Source of the DNA: Rhizophagus irregularis
Lineage: Eukaryota
Assembly: GCF_026210795.1 (NCBI RefSeq)
Contig: NC_089430.1
Span: 2,976,001 to 3,040,000 of the forward strand
Direction of reading: 5' to 3'
Length of the DNA: 64,000 bases
Shown here: positions 26,400 through 40,473 of the stretch, piece by piece
Layout: every line of letters begins with the position of its first letter
Numbering within the stretch: the stretch's first letter is position 1
Notes under the pieces: model-generated
What the model was told of the DNA's origin: nothing
The model's input: the letters and a program-made list of their open reading frames with translations, nothing else
The model's database searches: none
Made by a program: the position numbers and the translations under genes

Positions 26400-29300
26400 G
26401 TGTTTTTCAAGCTCTTTGCACTTTTTTTAAGTCCTTTTTACCAGTTAGACTAGAAGAATTGGTAGATACTTGGTCCTGCTCCTTTTTTGGCAGATCCTTG
26501 ACTATTAGAAATTTGCTAAAAGTTGAGATAATATATGTCTTTTCATGATCCTCTATGCAAAACTGATTTTTAATTGGATCAGAAATACTTTTGACTTTTC
26601 GAATTTCTGTTATACCTAACTATAGGTCATAGCATTAGCTTGGGCTCACCATTATCAACACAAGCATAATTTCCAACAATAGTAATGATTGGATTCCCTT
26701 TCATGTTCTTTAGAGTGACTGCTACATTCGTATACCATCCTAGTGCTTCAGAGATATATTTAGAATTACCTTTTACAGCAAATTTAGAAGGCTTATTAAC
26801 TTTCCATTCAAGCGCTTCAACAGTACGTAGCTAAATTAAATCCATCAAATTCACTTCCGTTATATAAAAAAGATTCAGAGATTGGTAAATCATTTATATT
26901 AGCATTCAAGTATTGTAGGGACGAAAACTACTCATCTTTTTTTGACTTCTTCTCCTGAACATTTTGAGATAGACACATTTTACGCATTGCTGGTAAAAGT
27001 TTTGGCAACAGCTCATCATATGTTTTGGGTTGACTAGATTTTGAGGGTGAAATTGCATTAGTATTACCAGCCAACTTATGTGAAATGCCTCTCAGTTCAT
27101 TTACCTGTTTTGTTTACCAGTGGGTTATATCCAGTCTATCTATTATTGTCCTCATTATAACCATCCCCTTCATTATCTGAAGCAGGAGGCGTGTGTTAAA
27201 AATTTATAGGTATAATAGGCTTAAAATAACTCCTATTAAAATTAGACCGAACTACTGGTTTATATATATTTAGAATTGGTTGCTTAATTGATTTATAGAA
27301 TCCTGGGTTTCACTTACAGCATCACGAGTTTCATTAAGCCCTTCCTCCATTCTATCAATTCTAGCAGAGTTATTGTTTCGCTGTTGACGAGGTCTTTGAA
27401 AAGGTTTTACAAGATAATCTGCGTCTAGTTTAGCCTTATTAAGTACACCTATTTCTTTTAAGTATTCTGATGCATAATAATTCTTGAGACCTTCTTCAGT
27501 CTGTAATGAAGATGGCGGGCCTCTTGGCTGTCTAACTGGTTCAACTGTTTGTAGAGCAGATACTTGTGCTTGTTGAGTCATTTGAGATTGTAATTCTGTA
27601 ACTTTTTTTATTAATGTCTGGTTTTCAGTTTTTTGTTGCGCCAGTGCATTTTGGATTGCTTTTTGCATATCTTCTAAAAATATTCCATGCTGTTGCGGAG
27701 CTGAAACTGGTGAAAATTCATATATTTGCTGAGATGCTCGTTGAGATATTAGCAGATCAGATATTCTATCCCTTTTATGTCTAGCAATTTAGCGTAATTC
27801 TATCTCATAAAGTTTTTTAGATAATTTATCCAATGGCAAATGTTTGCCAATATCCTCAGCTTTTTCAAGCCATGGAAGTGGTAGGGCATCTAAGAATTTC
27901 CTACGTAATTCTTTAGATCTATAGTTGGCTTGTCTACCTATTCGTAATATTTTTCTATATAATTCATCTATAGTCATATCTCCTTTTCTGATTATTCCAT
28001 ACATCAAATTCTGAAGCTCCTCTTTCACTGTAAAAAAATGTGTTTTTAGCCACCATATAGCTTGACCAAATCGAATACCAGCTACAACTACTGTATTTCC
28101 AGCATTAGCATTTGATGCATTTACAGGAGCATTAGTAGGATGGCCACCTGCTATACGTTAGTCTTTATTTCAAGCATCTTCTACAACTCTTAATTTGACT
28201 ATTGCATTTCCTGGTTGGCCAACAGCTTTATTTAATACATTAGCTCTTATCTGTACTGCAGTTCGCCCATTTACTGCAACTAAGTTAGCCTGTCCTGTAT
28301 TATCAAGTAAGTTAGTTAGCTTCCAATTCTGCTTTGTAGTAATCTCATCATTGAACCATTCTAAAGTTCTTCTTCTCATACAACCTCTTAAATGTCCTAT
28401 TGCATTATCTCTTCCTGTTGGAGGACCTGCTACATTATCATTTGGATCTATTTCCCGATTCTGCAAGTCTAATCTAAGTTGTGCAAGAAAGTCTGGGATA
28501 CTATCATCCCAGTCAAAATATGGATGAGGTATTCCTGCCATGTTTATTTGATTTGGTGGATTATTCTGTAGCGCTAAAATTTGTACCTGCAAAATCAAAA
28601 TATTTTGGCGTTCTGCTTGGGTCTTATTTTTCCATTTCTTATATCACTCATCATAGAGTCTGTTCTGATTAAATTCTAACAGACTTATATCCCCTCTACT
28701 TCGCTGTAAGTGGTGGGCATTTCGCTGATACAATAATTGTAAGGCAAATTTTTCTTGTATCAGTACACCTATATGAGCTTGTTTTCTTGCCATATTACCT
28801 ATCATTTTATTTACCTGATTTTGAGTATTAGTTTGATATTGATGGAGATCACTAATAATATTAGCTATCCTACCTTTAGCAAGTTGCCTTCATATAATTT
28901 TATTATCATGCTCAGCTTTTGCATCACAACGCCTTCGTTGCTTACAGATTAAATCCTGATGCAAATTATTTTCTTTTTGACGTATCTGCCTTGTAGTTCT
29001 TTTTATTTGGTCTATAAGAATATCCCTAGTTGTTGCTCTATTATTTACATAACCATCTATAGCATTTGCTAGCTTTGTGATTGTGACCATATTATCATCA
29101 GAATTATACAAGTCTGGAGAATTCTCTCGTTCAGGCAAATTTTTTCGTGATGAAATGCTTCTGATTTGGCATCGCAATTTCTTAACTTGTTCCTCAGATT
29201 CTACTAACTGCTCTTCTAAACTAGAAATATATTTTCCCTTATCTTGTACATTTTTCCTAGCTTAATATCATAACTGACTTTTTAGGGTAGAGATTTCAGA

Positions 29301-29545
29301 TTTTAACTCTACTATCTCTTCTTTCAAAGCATTTTCAAGGCGCTCTATCTCCCTATTGAGATTTTGAATTTCTTGCTCACATCAGGCATAATCCCGTTCT
29401 AGTTGATTAATTTGTCTTTCATTCTGGCGATTAGTATCAACTTCTATCTGCAATTCACTACAAAGATGAAAGTTCTCTTCTTCCAGCTCAGCTTTATGTT
29501 CTTCACATGTTCTTCTTTACCTTGGATAAGATCTGTGAAATGACA
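26400..29545 (-). pseudogene. Coiled-coil + retrotransposon Gag-like + aspartic-protease-like ORF, no RT
   Basis: FDWDDSIPDFLAQL..AIGHLRGCM..TLEWF..WWLKTHF..KGDMTIDELYRKILRIGRQANY..LRRKFLDALP is a Gag-like pattern. At ~26600-26920 YLNANINDL..FL.NGSEFDG..EALEWKVNKPSKFAVKGNS..EALGW resembles a retropepsin with a decayed catalytic Asp. Confidence 0.65.
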
Positions 29546-31061
29546 TTCTTTTTTTGTGATTATAAAAGAAAATGGGAGAACTCCTTAGATCAATTTATAT
29601 TGATTCTCAGAAAGCGCATAATCTTAACTGGGATCTGAGTTAAGAACTAATCTGGAAAATTTGGCAGATGATACATGAAATGTATAGCGCCTTCAACTGA
29701 TTTTACTAAGCGATTATGTATGCAGATTATTTAGCATAAAAAATAAAGAATAAGTTATACATTGCACCTTTGGCTAAATAATATTAATTTTCAGTTAAAA
29801 GCAATAGTCTATAATAATTAAGATATTTCTCAGAATCAGTCAGTTAAGCCAGTTAAATAATCATGATTTTTGTTCCATCTTTCAATCTTAATGTGGGCTG
29901 ATTAAGATGGTTTATAGATAGTAGTAAGTTATTTTGTTTTACATACCAAGATGAAATAAATATTTCACTTGTATCGCTTTTGCAATTCGATAACTGATAA
30001 GAAGTTAGTGGAATCATTTCTTGCCTGGCAGGTGAAATATAAGCTGGCTCAAAATTTGGAGCACTAGGCATGATATAGTTGCATTGTATTTTATTTCTTA
30101 CTAACTAATCTATCAGATAATTGGCGCCTCTTATGCTTTAAATAGCTTATATAATCATAAAGTTGATCTTGCAGAATATGATAAGGTCTATACAATCCAT
30201 CAATAGAATACCATATATCCAAGTTTACAGTGCAACGAATTCCTCTACTAGGCATATTAAGAAACTACTTTTTCTTAAGAGTATTATCATTTTTAACCGC
30301 CTCCTAAACTCATTTTGCAAAAGTTTCACGTCACTTCTTATAGTTTCTATAAGCTCTTTGGATAATCTGAGCACTTCCATCTGGCTTTTTTAGCTTTGGA
30401 GCATTCATTATCCCAATGGTATTTCATCAAGTTTTCAGATTTAATCTCATATCCATATCTGCGCCATCCACTGAAATATGTTTTTTTTGGTTTTATATCA
30501 GTAATCTTTACCAATTTACAACAATCATAACAAATATATAGCCATATTACTCTTATTGTTTCTGGGCTGATGATAGTCAGAATTAACTATCTTGCCATTC
30601 CCAAATCTTGCAAACAAGCAATGTCAGTGACTCTAAATCTCTGATTGGCTAATAATTCTTGTAATCGAATTCTAACACTTACAGCCCATGCAACTAGAGA
30701 CTGATCTGGTTTTACAACTGATAATGTATTATACTTCCACTCTATTTTGATTATTTTTTTAAAAACAGTACCATAACAGTAATTTACAATATATGCGCTA
30801 ACATATTTCATATCGTATCCAAGACGATTATTAATAGGTTTAGGCACAATCTTATTAAACCACTCATCTAAAATAATATTAGAAGATAATCTGGATATAT
30901 TTCTTGTTCACTTAAGTGAACGAATTATAACAATTTATAGCAATTTATTGATTTATAGCGTTTTTAGCAATTTTTTAGTATCTTATATTAATGGATAACA
31001 TGTTTCAAATTTGCCAGTTAAGCAGTTTTAATGATTTATAGCGGTTTTATCAATTTGTAGC

Positions 31062-32541
31062 TAATGTTTCAAAAAAAATCTGATCTGATTCGTATCTGCA
31101 AATTTGATTTGAGACAGATCGGATCAAATCATAGATTTTATGATCTGTGATCTGATCCAGATCAAAAAAATTTGATCCGATTCAGATCAAATCAAATCAA
31201 ATCAACAATTCATTCAAATCGGATCAGATCGGATTTGATTTGAGCAGATTCAGATCAGATCTGGATCAGATTAGATCAAAGCGCCCTGTTACGTTGCGAA
31301 ATGTTAAGTTAAAAAATGTTTCATAACATTTTTATTAAAATGATTAAAAACCATTGCGAACTGGTTTTTTATTTGTTAAATTGAAATAAAAAAACGGTTC
31401 GCAACATTTTTTTATTAAAATGATTAAAAACCGTTGCAAAATGGTTTTTATTTATTAAAATGAAATAAAAAAACATTTCACAACATTTTTTTATTAAATA
31501 ATTAAAAACCATTGCGAAATGGTTTTTTTTCATAAAATAATACGAAAAGATGCCGAAATGGCATCTTTTTTGATAAAAAAAATGAAAAAGATACTGAAAC
31601 AGCATCTTTTTTAATAAAATAATATGAAAGATGTTGTTTCAGCATTTTTTTTGATAAAATAATACAAAAAGATGCCGTTTTGGCATCTTTTTCTAATAAA
31701 ATAATACGAAAAGATGTAAAAAAATGAGTAAGATGCCGAAACGGCATTTTTTTTCATAAAATAATACAAAAGATGCCAAACAGCATTTTTTTCATAAAAT
31801 AATATTAAAAGATGTCGTTTCAGCATCTTTTTTGATAAAATAATATTAAAAGATGCGTTTCAGCATCTTTTTTTCATAAAATAATATGAAAAGATGCCGT
31901 TTCAGCATCTTTTTTAATAAAATAATATGAAAGATGCTTAAACACATCTTTTTTTCATAAAATAATACGAAAGATGCCGTTTCAGCATCTTTTTTGATAA
32001 AAAAATAAAAAAGATGCCGAAATGGCATTTTTTTTCATAAAATAATGCCGTTTAATATTTCTATTTATACATTTAACAAAAAAAACATCTTTCGCAACAT
32101 TTTTTAATTGTATTAATGAGAAACATTGCGAAAACATTTTTTATTTAATAATTTTACCGATAAAAAATCATTTTTATAATTGTTTAATAAAAAAGTTGCG
32201 AAACATTTTTTTGTTTGATAATTTGCCATAAAAAGTCGTTTTGCAACATTTTTTAACAATATTAATAAAAAAACGTTGCGAAAAATGTTTTTAATTATAA
32301 AAACTGATTCAGATCCAGATTGGATCCTGTTCGAATCAGATCAAATCAGTTGGAATTCAGATCAGATCAGATCAAATCTAATTCAGATTCAGATCGGATC
32401 AGATCAAATCTAATTTGGATCTGAATTAGATCGGATCAAATCTGATTTGGATTTGAATTAGATCAGATCAAATCTGATTTAAATTCAGATCAGATCAGAT
32501 TTAATTCAAATCTGGTCTGATCCGATCCATTCAGAATACTA
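31062..32541. mobile_element. Non-autonomous hAT element with GATCT-rich subtermini
   Basis: Ends TAATGTTTC / GAATACTA; 8-bp TSD TTTGTAGC (31054-31061, 32542-32549); (GATCA/GATCT)n blocks at both ends. Confidence 0.85.
31540..32050. repeat. Tandem ~39-bp repeat with palindromic core
   Basis: About 13 copies of AAAGATGCCG(TTTCAG/AAATGG)CATCTTTTTT.ATAAAATAATA, with the core in both orientations. Confidence 0.85.
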
Positions 32542-34572
32542 TTTGTAGCTGATTTAAAGAAACTACACACTACTAAACTCAAATTCGATTGGGATTATAT
32601 AGGGTCATCTCTCGGGCTAAGCTAATTTTATATTTACATGCATCTTCAGCTAAATCAGTTTGTGACATGATGTATTATATCGTATCACATGTGATCTACA
32701 TCAGTTCCCTGCCAGTTCCTCGATAGGTTCTAGGAGTTGGCGAGTTTTGATAAATTATGAGATGATCGGCCAATCAGATTCAGAAAAAATATTACAGGCA
32801 TATCAAGGGAGGAATTTTTTATTCACATGCATTGTAGATTAATTTATACAGCGAACTCTCAGATGAAGTCAAAAAAGGACAAAGTTTAATATGTGAACAA
32901 ACTATTACTTTTTATTTATGCTTAACTACACAAAAATGAAAATTACGTGTCTACTTTACGCAGTAATATGGTGCAGTAATATCCAACTTTCGTTCTGCTC
33001 TTGACTTCAGCAATGGCATGGTCAACATTACTATCAGACAAATTTTCTATTTCTTTCTTCATATTGCTCAAAAAAGATAAAATTAATTGTAATTTTGAAA
33101 GAAACAAATAGTTATTTTCTGGATTTTGTGAAACCTTTGATTAAGGTTAAGTAAAAAACAGCATACATGTTACACAAATTAATGTCAAACCTGATATTAG
33201 AGAACAAATACTTTATTATTTGATTTATGTAACGTTTAAGAATCACAAATCGTGATAAAAATAAATTATAAAATACATATTGCAATTACATCATAACAAT
33301 ATGTTCTAAAAATAATTTCAAGGAGATACAGAGAGCTTGTAAGATTATTCAGCTCTTTGTTGGGAATTATTTAGGTCATTGTTAGGAATCATTAGGGGAA
33401 TTCGCATTTCTATTTATATAATAAAATTAATCTAATATAATAATAAGCAATGCAAAAATGAATTGACATACCTGTTTAGAACAGCCCGAAATGATTTAGC
33501 AGGTGAAATAGTAGGTTCAGATCCAGTGCCAGATCCAGTACTAGTGATGGAACTGAGAATGACTGAAAGAAGAGGAGTTCGAGTTTGGTTTGAAGAGTTA
33601 CTATCACTTATTACTCAAGTACCAAGTGCCAATCCACCTCCGATTAATGCGCCAACTACTGCCTCCCTCCAGATTGATGAATAGTAAAGTACTTAAGAGA
33701 ACTATCCAATGTTCCACCTTCAAGAAAAGCCCCTAATTTTGAGAAATTTGAACTTGATTGATTATCGTTTCTGGACATAATTGTTATGTATAAACATATA
33801 TTTTAACTGAACCTTATTTTATATTGTTTTTTCCAATTAATGATTATATTAGGAATTAAGATTGATGATTGTAGTCTCATTCAGTGTTTTCCATTTATGG
33901 ATCATTTGTGAGTCATGATCTATTTACTAATTGTGTCACGATTGTAATGTCGTTCTCTCAAATGAAGATATAAAACAGGAATCATTCAGTTTCATTTGTT
34001 TATATGCATAATGTATTTCTCTTAAATGAAAATATAAATCAGAAATCATTTAGTTTACTACTATAAGAGTTAATAATCACCTGAATAACACATGTATAGA
34101 TTTATATTTACATTTGTAAAACGTACATCATGATGTTGGTTAAAGTAATTTATTAATATTTATTATTAGCACTTATAAAATATAAAGTATATTGGTAAAA
34201 TGCATTTGAGTATTTACTTAAAATACTAATAAAATGCTTAATAAATTAAATGGTTAATAAATATTAAAATTTAGTATTTATTTAATATATTAAGCATTTA
34301 TTGCTTAATAGATATAAAATTTTTATGCTTATTAAATATTGCTATTCAATAAACATAAGGTTTCAGTTGGTTTAACATCATGATACACACATTTTAAAAA
34401 TCAATCAAACCATTCTTTATTGCAAAGTAATACATGAGAAAGGACCAGCCTGCTATGTAAAAAAAATGAAACTAATAAAAGATATTGGAATAGCAGGTTG
34501 TTTCAAGGGAGGAATAAAGCATAAATGCCTGCTGAGCCATAACCCATATATTGGCAGTTCCTTCACCACCAC

Positions 34573-36483
34573 TCAGTAGATATATAAATGACTATTATCT
34601 ATCCAAGCACCTATTTTTTCTAAGTTTTTGCTATTTAAATTTTTTCTACAACAAAAACCTTTTATCATATCTTTCCCAATTACTCCCATCCCAAGTCTAA
34701 GAATATCAACCGATACAACCCCACACATCTGATCTAAAGAGTAATCATTCGCACCCTTAATCTTATCAAAGATCTTCATAAATTGTTCCCAGATCACAGA
34801 AATAATATTTGTGAATTTTTGGCTCGAAGAGCTTGAAGATGAATTAGTTGAAGAGTCTCGCGAATTAGTTTCAGATTCATTGGTTGAATTAGCTTCAGAT
34901 TCATTGGATACACTTTGTTGGTTAAAATTGGATCTTTGAACTACTGCGTAATGTTGATTTATTTTATTTTGAAGATCTTTGATAACAACATTAATTGACA
35001 TGAATCTGGATGTAACAGATTCCTCTAAGGATCTAAAATTAGTGCTCCTAACAGATCAGTTCAGATCGGATTCAGCTTAAATCTGATCTGATCTGATTTT
35101 TATTTTAATAGATCTAATCTGGTCTGAATCTGATCAGATCTGGTTCAATTTAATCTGAATCTGGTTCAGATCTATTTGAATCTGATTTGAATCTGATCTG
35201 AATCTGGTTCAGATCTGGTCCTTATCCTAAAAAAAGGAAGGGAACGTTAATTAGTGCGTAAAAATAAAAAAAAATAAAAAAAGTAACGAACTTACCATAG
35301 TTCATTTTTTTTTAAATCCTGGTCATTCAGCTTCGTCTCACGTCCAGGTTTTCTAAAAAAAATAAAGAGAACGTAATTAGGGAACGTTAATTATGTTCCT
35401 TTAAGTAAAAATAAAAAAAATAAAAATAAAAGAAATGAACTTACCATAGTTCGTTCTTTTTTTTAAATCCTGGTCGTTCAGCTTCGTCTCACGTCCAGGT
35501 TTTCTAAAAAAAAAGAAAGGGAACGTTAATTACGTTCCCTTAAATAAAAAATAAAAAAAAACTTAAAAAAAAGGAACAAATTTACCATAGTTCGTTTATT
35601 TTTTTTAAATCCTGGTCATGTCGTTAGGCTTCGTTCGTCCAGGCTTCCTACTAAAAAAGAAGTGAACCATTAATTACGTTCCCTCAAGTAAAAATAACAA
35701 AAAAAAAATGAACTTACCTAGTTAATTCTTTTAAATCTTGGTCGTCCGGCTTCGTCCATTCGTCCAGAAAAAGGTTTTTTAAAAAAAAATTTTTTTTTTT
35801 ATTTAAAAAAAAATTTGATCTGAATCTGTTCAAATCAGATCAGATTTTCTTGTATTATGATCTGATCCAATTCGAAATTGATCGGATCAGATTTTTTTAA
35901 ATCTGATCTGATCTACAAATCAGAATTTTGAAAACTGAACCAGATCTGGCTCAGATTAAATCTGCGAATCCAGATCAGATCGGATTTTTTTCAGAGCACT
36001 ATCTAAAATCATTATGGCAGGCTTCTTCAATGTTATTAAGTCTTTCCAATATTTTTTGCGCTTCTGTGGTGTAGCTAACATCACATCACGTGTCTTAAAA
36101 TTTCCTATTTCTGCAGTGAGTTTATTATTAAGATCATTATTGATTCTGCCAAGCTCTACAGTGAAAGTAGTATTAATTTCAGAAAGATGTGCGGAAAGTT
36201 CATTGGCGATTTTAATGTCACGTGTAGAAAGTTCATTCCCGATTTTGGTATTAATTTCATTCTTAATTTTGGTGATTTCTGCAGTAATAGATGTATTAAT
36301 TTTTATATCACGAGTGAAAAGTTTATCAGAAATTTTTTGTTTGAGAATCATCCACATGTTAACGATTCCCATAAATATGGTCAAAATAACGAGCAAAAAA
36401 ATAGCAGGTAGTGCCAAGAATGACATGCTTCCCGAAAAGTTTAAAACTGTTAAACTGTACATGATGTAGATAAAATGATGCAT
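34573..36483 (-). pseudogene. Hypothetical membrane/coiled-coil gene split by hAT MITE
   Basis: ORFs 35956-36483 (hydrophobic N-terminus, repeated NELSTRDIKI) and 34573-35001 flank the insertion; rejoining leaves a frameshift. Confidence 0.45.
35040..36001. mobile_element. Non-autonomous hAT element, same end family as 31062-32541
   Basis: TIR TAGTGCTC / GAGCACTA; 8-bp TSD TCTAAAAT (35032-35039, 36002-36009); GATCT-rich subtermini; internal 4x repeat at ~35240-35770. Confidence 0.9.
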
Positions 36484-37732
36484 AGCAAATATATAGAGAA
36501 GCTTATTGGTGGATCAGAATTTTTTAGATAATTTTTTTATATCAGTTATCTTGTGTAAATGCGCTAGAAAAAAGGTTTATTTTATACTATATGCCTACTA
36601 CACACGAAAAGAGAATTTAACCTGATTTAAATAGATCAAATAAAAAATTATGTTGCTTCATTATGTGTACTTGTCATTATTACATTTTTTCATAATTATA
36701 TTTTTTCCACCTAAAGCAATAAAATGACAGCCTGGATCCCGTCCAATAATAACAAATGTCTCTCTCCTGAATTGTAATAATAGTGCTTAAAAGAAAATCC
36801 GATGTTTTAGAGAAACTGATCAACATAATAATATTCATACCATCTTCGAAATACCCAATTTCATATTAGATGTTATTACCAAAAACGGAAAATGAGTACG
36901 CGTAATGTTAAGCTAATGCTAATAGAGAAAATAAATCTACCGTTTATTCTTGATTTGAGCGCTAATTTCCATTTTCATTCTAATATACGATACAAGGATA
37001 CACGAGATGTATGACATGTAAACCCCTATCAGTGTGACAGTCGATTTTTCCAAAACTTTGAAAGTGTATTACTTTGCATTACATTTCTTTTTTCGAACTA
37101 TATGAGAAAAAAAAAGGTCAAGATCTGTAAATCGGTAGATCAAGACGCTCAATTCCAATTCTTATCTCATTCTAACATCAGGGATGTCAGATTAATCCGC
37201 ATAATACTAAATCAAAGATTCGTAATATGTGTATTATGCCAGAACTTTTCAGAAAAAAAGTCAACAGATTAATTATTTATTGATCTATCTCCACGATCTA
37301 ACCCCATAAATTTGCAAAAATATGACAGGACTTTAGACCTGGTTTCATTATTACAAAAATAGCATACCCGAGTCTTATAAAGACAATCCTCCTAGCCATT
37401 ATTACAAAAATAGCACATCTGGATCTAAAAATAAAAATACTGTGAAAATAGCACAAGGCATAGTTAAATCACAGGAGAAGTATAGAGATGACGTACTTAC
37501 TGTGTATGATATATTTATTAATTCAGCATTTCAGGTGATCAGTTCACATGACGAAGTTTTCGCCCTCTATGCTTTTACAGATACTATTGGGGTTCCATGA
37601 TTAAGAGGATTTTTGCATGTGATACGATAAGTTCATTCTCCACGATATTCACCAACATCTCATTCACCTCTTATATCATTCATAAACTTTCTTCTTTATG
37701 GTCCCCATTATATAATGGACAGAGCGTTGAAC

Positions 37733-38598
37733 TAAGGTTGCTTGCCGAAATTAGGTAATTTAGGCCAAGGCCAAAACTTTTTGTAGCCGAAAGTTTAGGC
37801 AATTAAAAATAAATTTGCCAAAATTTATAATGCCAAAATTATTGCCGAAAGTCCAAAATTTGACCGAAATTATTGGTATAATTCTGGCCATTTTTAATAC
37901 GTAATTCTGGCCAGAAAATGATCGACGTTATAAATTTCCTTTTTTGGACATTTGTGTAACCTTTGTGAAACTGATTTCACCAATTTTACTGGGAAACAAA
38001 ATTTCCTTTTTTGGAGGTCATCTAAAGCAGGGGCAAATCACGTGACTTCGAAAAAAATTGTTTTCATAAAATAAAACTTTTTACCATATATTCAACCATT
38101 CTAAACACACATTCTAAATGCATTTTTGCCTGCTCTGCAAGTTTACTTAGAGTGCAGAGTAGGGTTTTGAATGCTGTTTTTGATTTATTTGACTTTTTCA
38201 ATTTCGTTATCCATTTTTGGATATGATTGGTAAAGTTTTGTTCATTCATATGTAAAGTCAAAAACAATATTCATAATCCACTTTTTTTCCTTAAGTAAAC
38301 TTGCAAAGCAGATAAAAATACACTTATATTATGATTTTAAAGTTTCTATTAATCTTTCTTTATAAAAAATTAATCTAATTAAAATTACACCGAATCACGT
38401 GATTTGCCCCCGCTTTAGATGACCTCCTTTTTTGGAAATTGGTGTAACGTCACGTGATACAATATTATAATTTCGGCCGAATTTTAATTTTGGCCAAAAT
38501 TAAGACCGAGTTTCGGCCTAATTTTGGCATTTTCGGCATTTGATTTGATTGGCCGAAACCTTTCAGAATTTCATTTTTAGTTTCGGCAGGCAACCTTA
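37733..38598. mobile_element. hAT-like MITE
   Basis: TIR TAAGGTTGC(T/C)TGCCGAAA; 8-bp TSD CGTTGAAC (37725-37732, 38599-38606). Confidence 0.9.
38014..38426. mobile_element. MITE nested inside 37733-38598
   Basis: ~33-bp TIR GAGGTCATCTAAAGC.GGGGCAAATCACGTGA; flanking duplication CTTTTTTG (8-10 bp depending on end call). Confidence 0.85.
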
Positions 38599-38742
38599 CG
38601 TTGAACTATTAAGTTTACCAGTCTTTTACCACTATCCCTCAAAGATAGATAAGAAACCCGCTCTAGCACCAACCTAATTATATATTTTCGCTTCTCTTCA
38701 GGATCTTTGGGTAAGTTAGAAATCGAATGTCTGGATTTGTTA

Positions 38743-38920
38743 TATAGGTGTCATCAAAATTAATTACGGCATATGAAGCTTATACCATAATACCATTCTA
38801 CCACAATTATGCCGTAATTATTTTATAAATTATTGAATGCCGACCTTTATATTTTAAGGCCAAATTCCCATTTTGCCGTAATGCCGTAATTATAAATATG
38901 GCATTTCGACGACACCTATA
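38743..38920. mobile_element. Small hAT-like MITE
   Basis: TIR TATAGGTGTC.TC.AAAT; 8-bp TSD ATTTGTTA (38735-38742, 38921-38928). Confidence 0.85.
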
Positions 38921-39049
38921 ATTTGTTAGATTTACTTAAGGAAGATGTGGAGGCAAAATCATTTCTGAAGTCACATGATTCGAATTGTTACCAGTTTTTT
39001 TTGTCACATGATAATTTAGAATCTACTGAATTGTTGGTAAGAAGTAATT

Positions 39050-39400
39050 GATTTTTAGCTAACTCATGTGGAAGTTTCTTCTCCTTATTGTATCTCCTTA
39101 TTTCATTACCAACACTTTTCTTATGTGCCTCATCCAAGAATTTGTCCATCTCTCCTTTTTGATACTACTGGTATCGCTTCCTTGCTGTCCATCCATTACC
39201 AAGGAACCATATCTCAGTCTGGCCTCAAGCTCTGTATTTTTTTTGCTCTAGTTCCTCGACTCTAGCATTGCGCCTGGAATTCTTGTCAATAATCTGCCTC
39301 AGCTTCGCGTTCTCACCCTTAAGCTTAGCATTTTCACCTTTTATTTCAGTGTTCTCTCAGCGATGCGTTGTTCCAATAATTCGAGCTTGGATGACGTGTT
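39050..39400 (-). pseudogene. Coiled-coil gene fragment
   Basis: Manual translation KLELLEQRIA / ENTEIKGENAKLKGENAKLRQIIDKN..RVEELEQKNTELEARL, with frameshifts. Confidence 0.45.
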
Positions 39401-40473
39401 GTTAATATTTTTATACAAGATGAATTACTTAATACAAAAAAAAAATAAATACAAGCGCGATACACGCTGTAATTTCATTTTAAAAAGTGAAATGTTTCTA
39501 TACTAATGCCTAAGGACGCAAGTTTCTTGTTTGTCTTTACTATCTATACTAATACATTATTCCAACGTTAGCTCTTATGATCTGGTTTCATTTGTCCCAA
39601 TAACCAATATTCTGGATAAAGTAAAACGGTCAACAGTTATAATTACTCGAGATACATAGCGTCAGAAAACAAATCATTAACCTTGGTAAAACCACGCCAA
39701 AATTTTAATAAGCCGTCTTCAGAAATTTGTACGAGAAAAGTTCATTCGTTTAAATGACCATAATATCTCACGTGATGACGCCTCACGGCTATCTAAATTA
39801 GTAATGCACCATCTCACCATGAGGCCGGTATGAAATCTGTGCCAAGTTACGCTGAATATATTAGCTTTAGAGTAAGGGGTGATAGTAAAACCACTCCAAA
39901 ACTTATTTGTCACCTGTTATTTGTCACCGATTTCAGCGTAACCTGGCACAGGTTTCAGACGTGCCACTATGAGTCACAGTGATGTCATAGAATTTATTTA
40001 TATTGCAAAAGTATTTTATAATACTTCCTACATTACATTGTGTTACATCAAAACCATGCACATTACCCTTAATAATATAAATACTGAAGAACAGGTAAGT
40101 TACTGCCTTATTGGATGAATCTGTTTCTTTTTTTTTTTAAACCTGCAAAGTATTACTTTTAGTTATGAACTTATTTAGAGAAACTTGCGAATACGAGCGA
40201 AAATTCGAGAAATCTATACGAAGCGTTCCTAGTGCATTACAGGTATGATTTTAAAAATATTATGCCATATTTTAAGATGTCGCATTAAATGTTTGTATAA
40301 TATTTCAGAAATCAGAGACAAATGTTTCGAAGAAGTCAGAACGAGATGCTGAAATATCTGGAAATGAACATAGATGGAGCAAAACGATCCCAGCCAAGCC
40401 ACCGTGCGACGCTTCTTGCTCTCTATTACACGATCAACATTGGCGATCTTCTGATGGAGACTTCTCTCGAGAC

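Noticed and set aside
26400..29545. Complete LTR retrotransposon
   Set aside because: No RT YxDD motif, RNase H or LTR pair found; the nearby integrase is Polinton-type and linked to an ATPase.
31540..32050. CRISPR-like array of palindromic repeats
   Set aside because: The spacers are near-identical AT tracts, not unique sequences; eukaryotic context, no cas genes, and it lies inside a hAT MITE.
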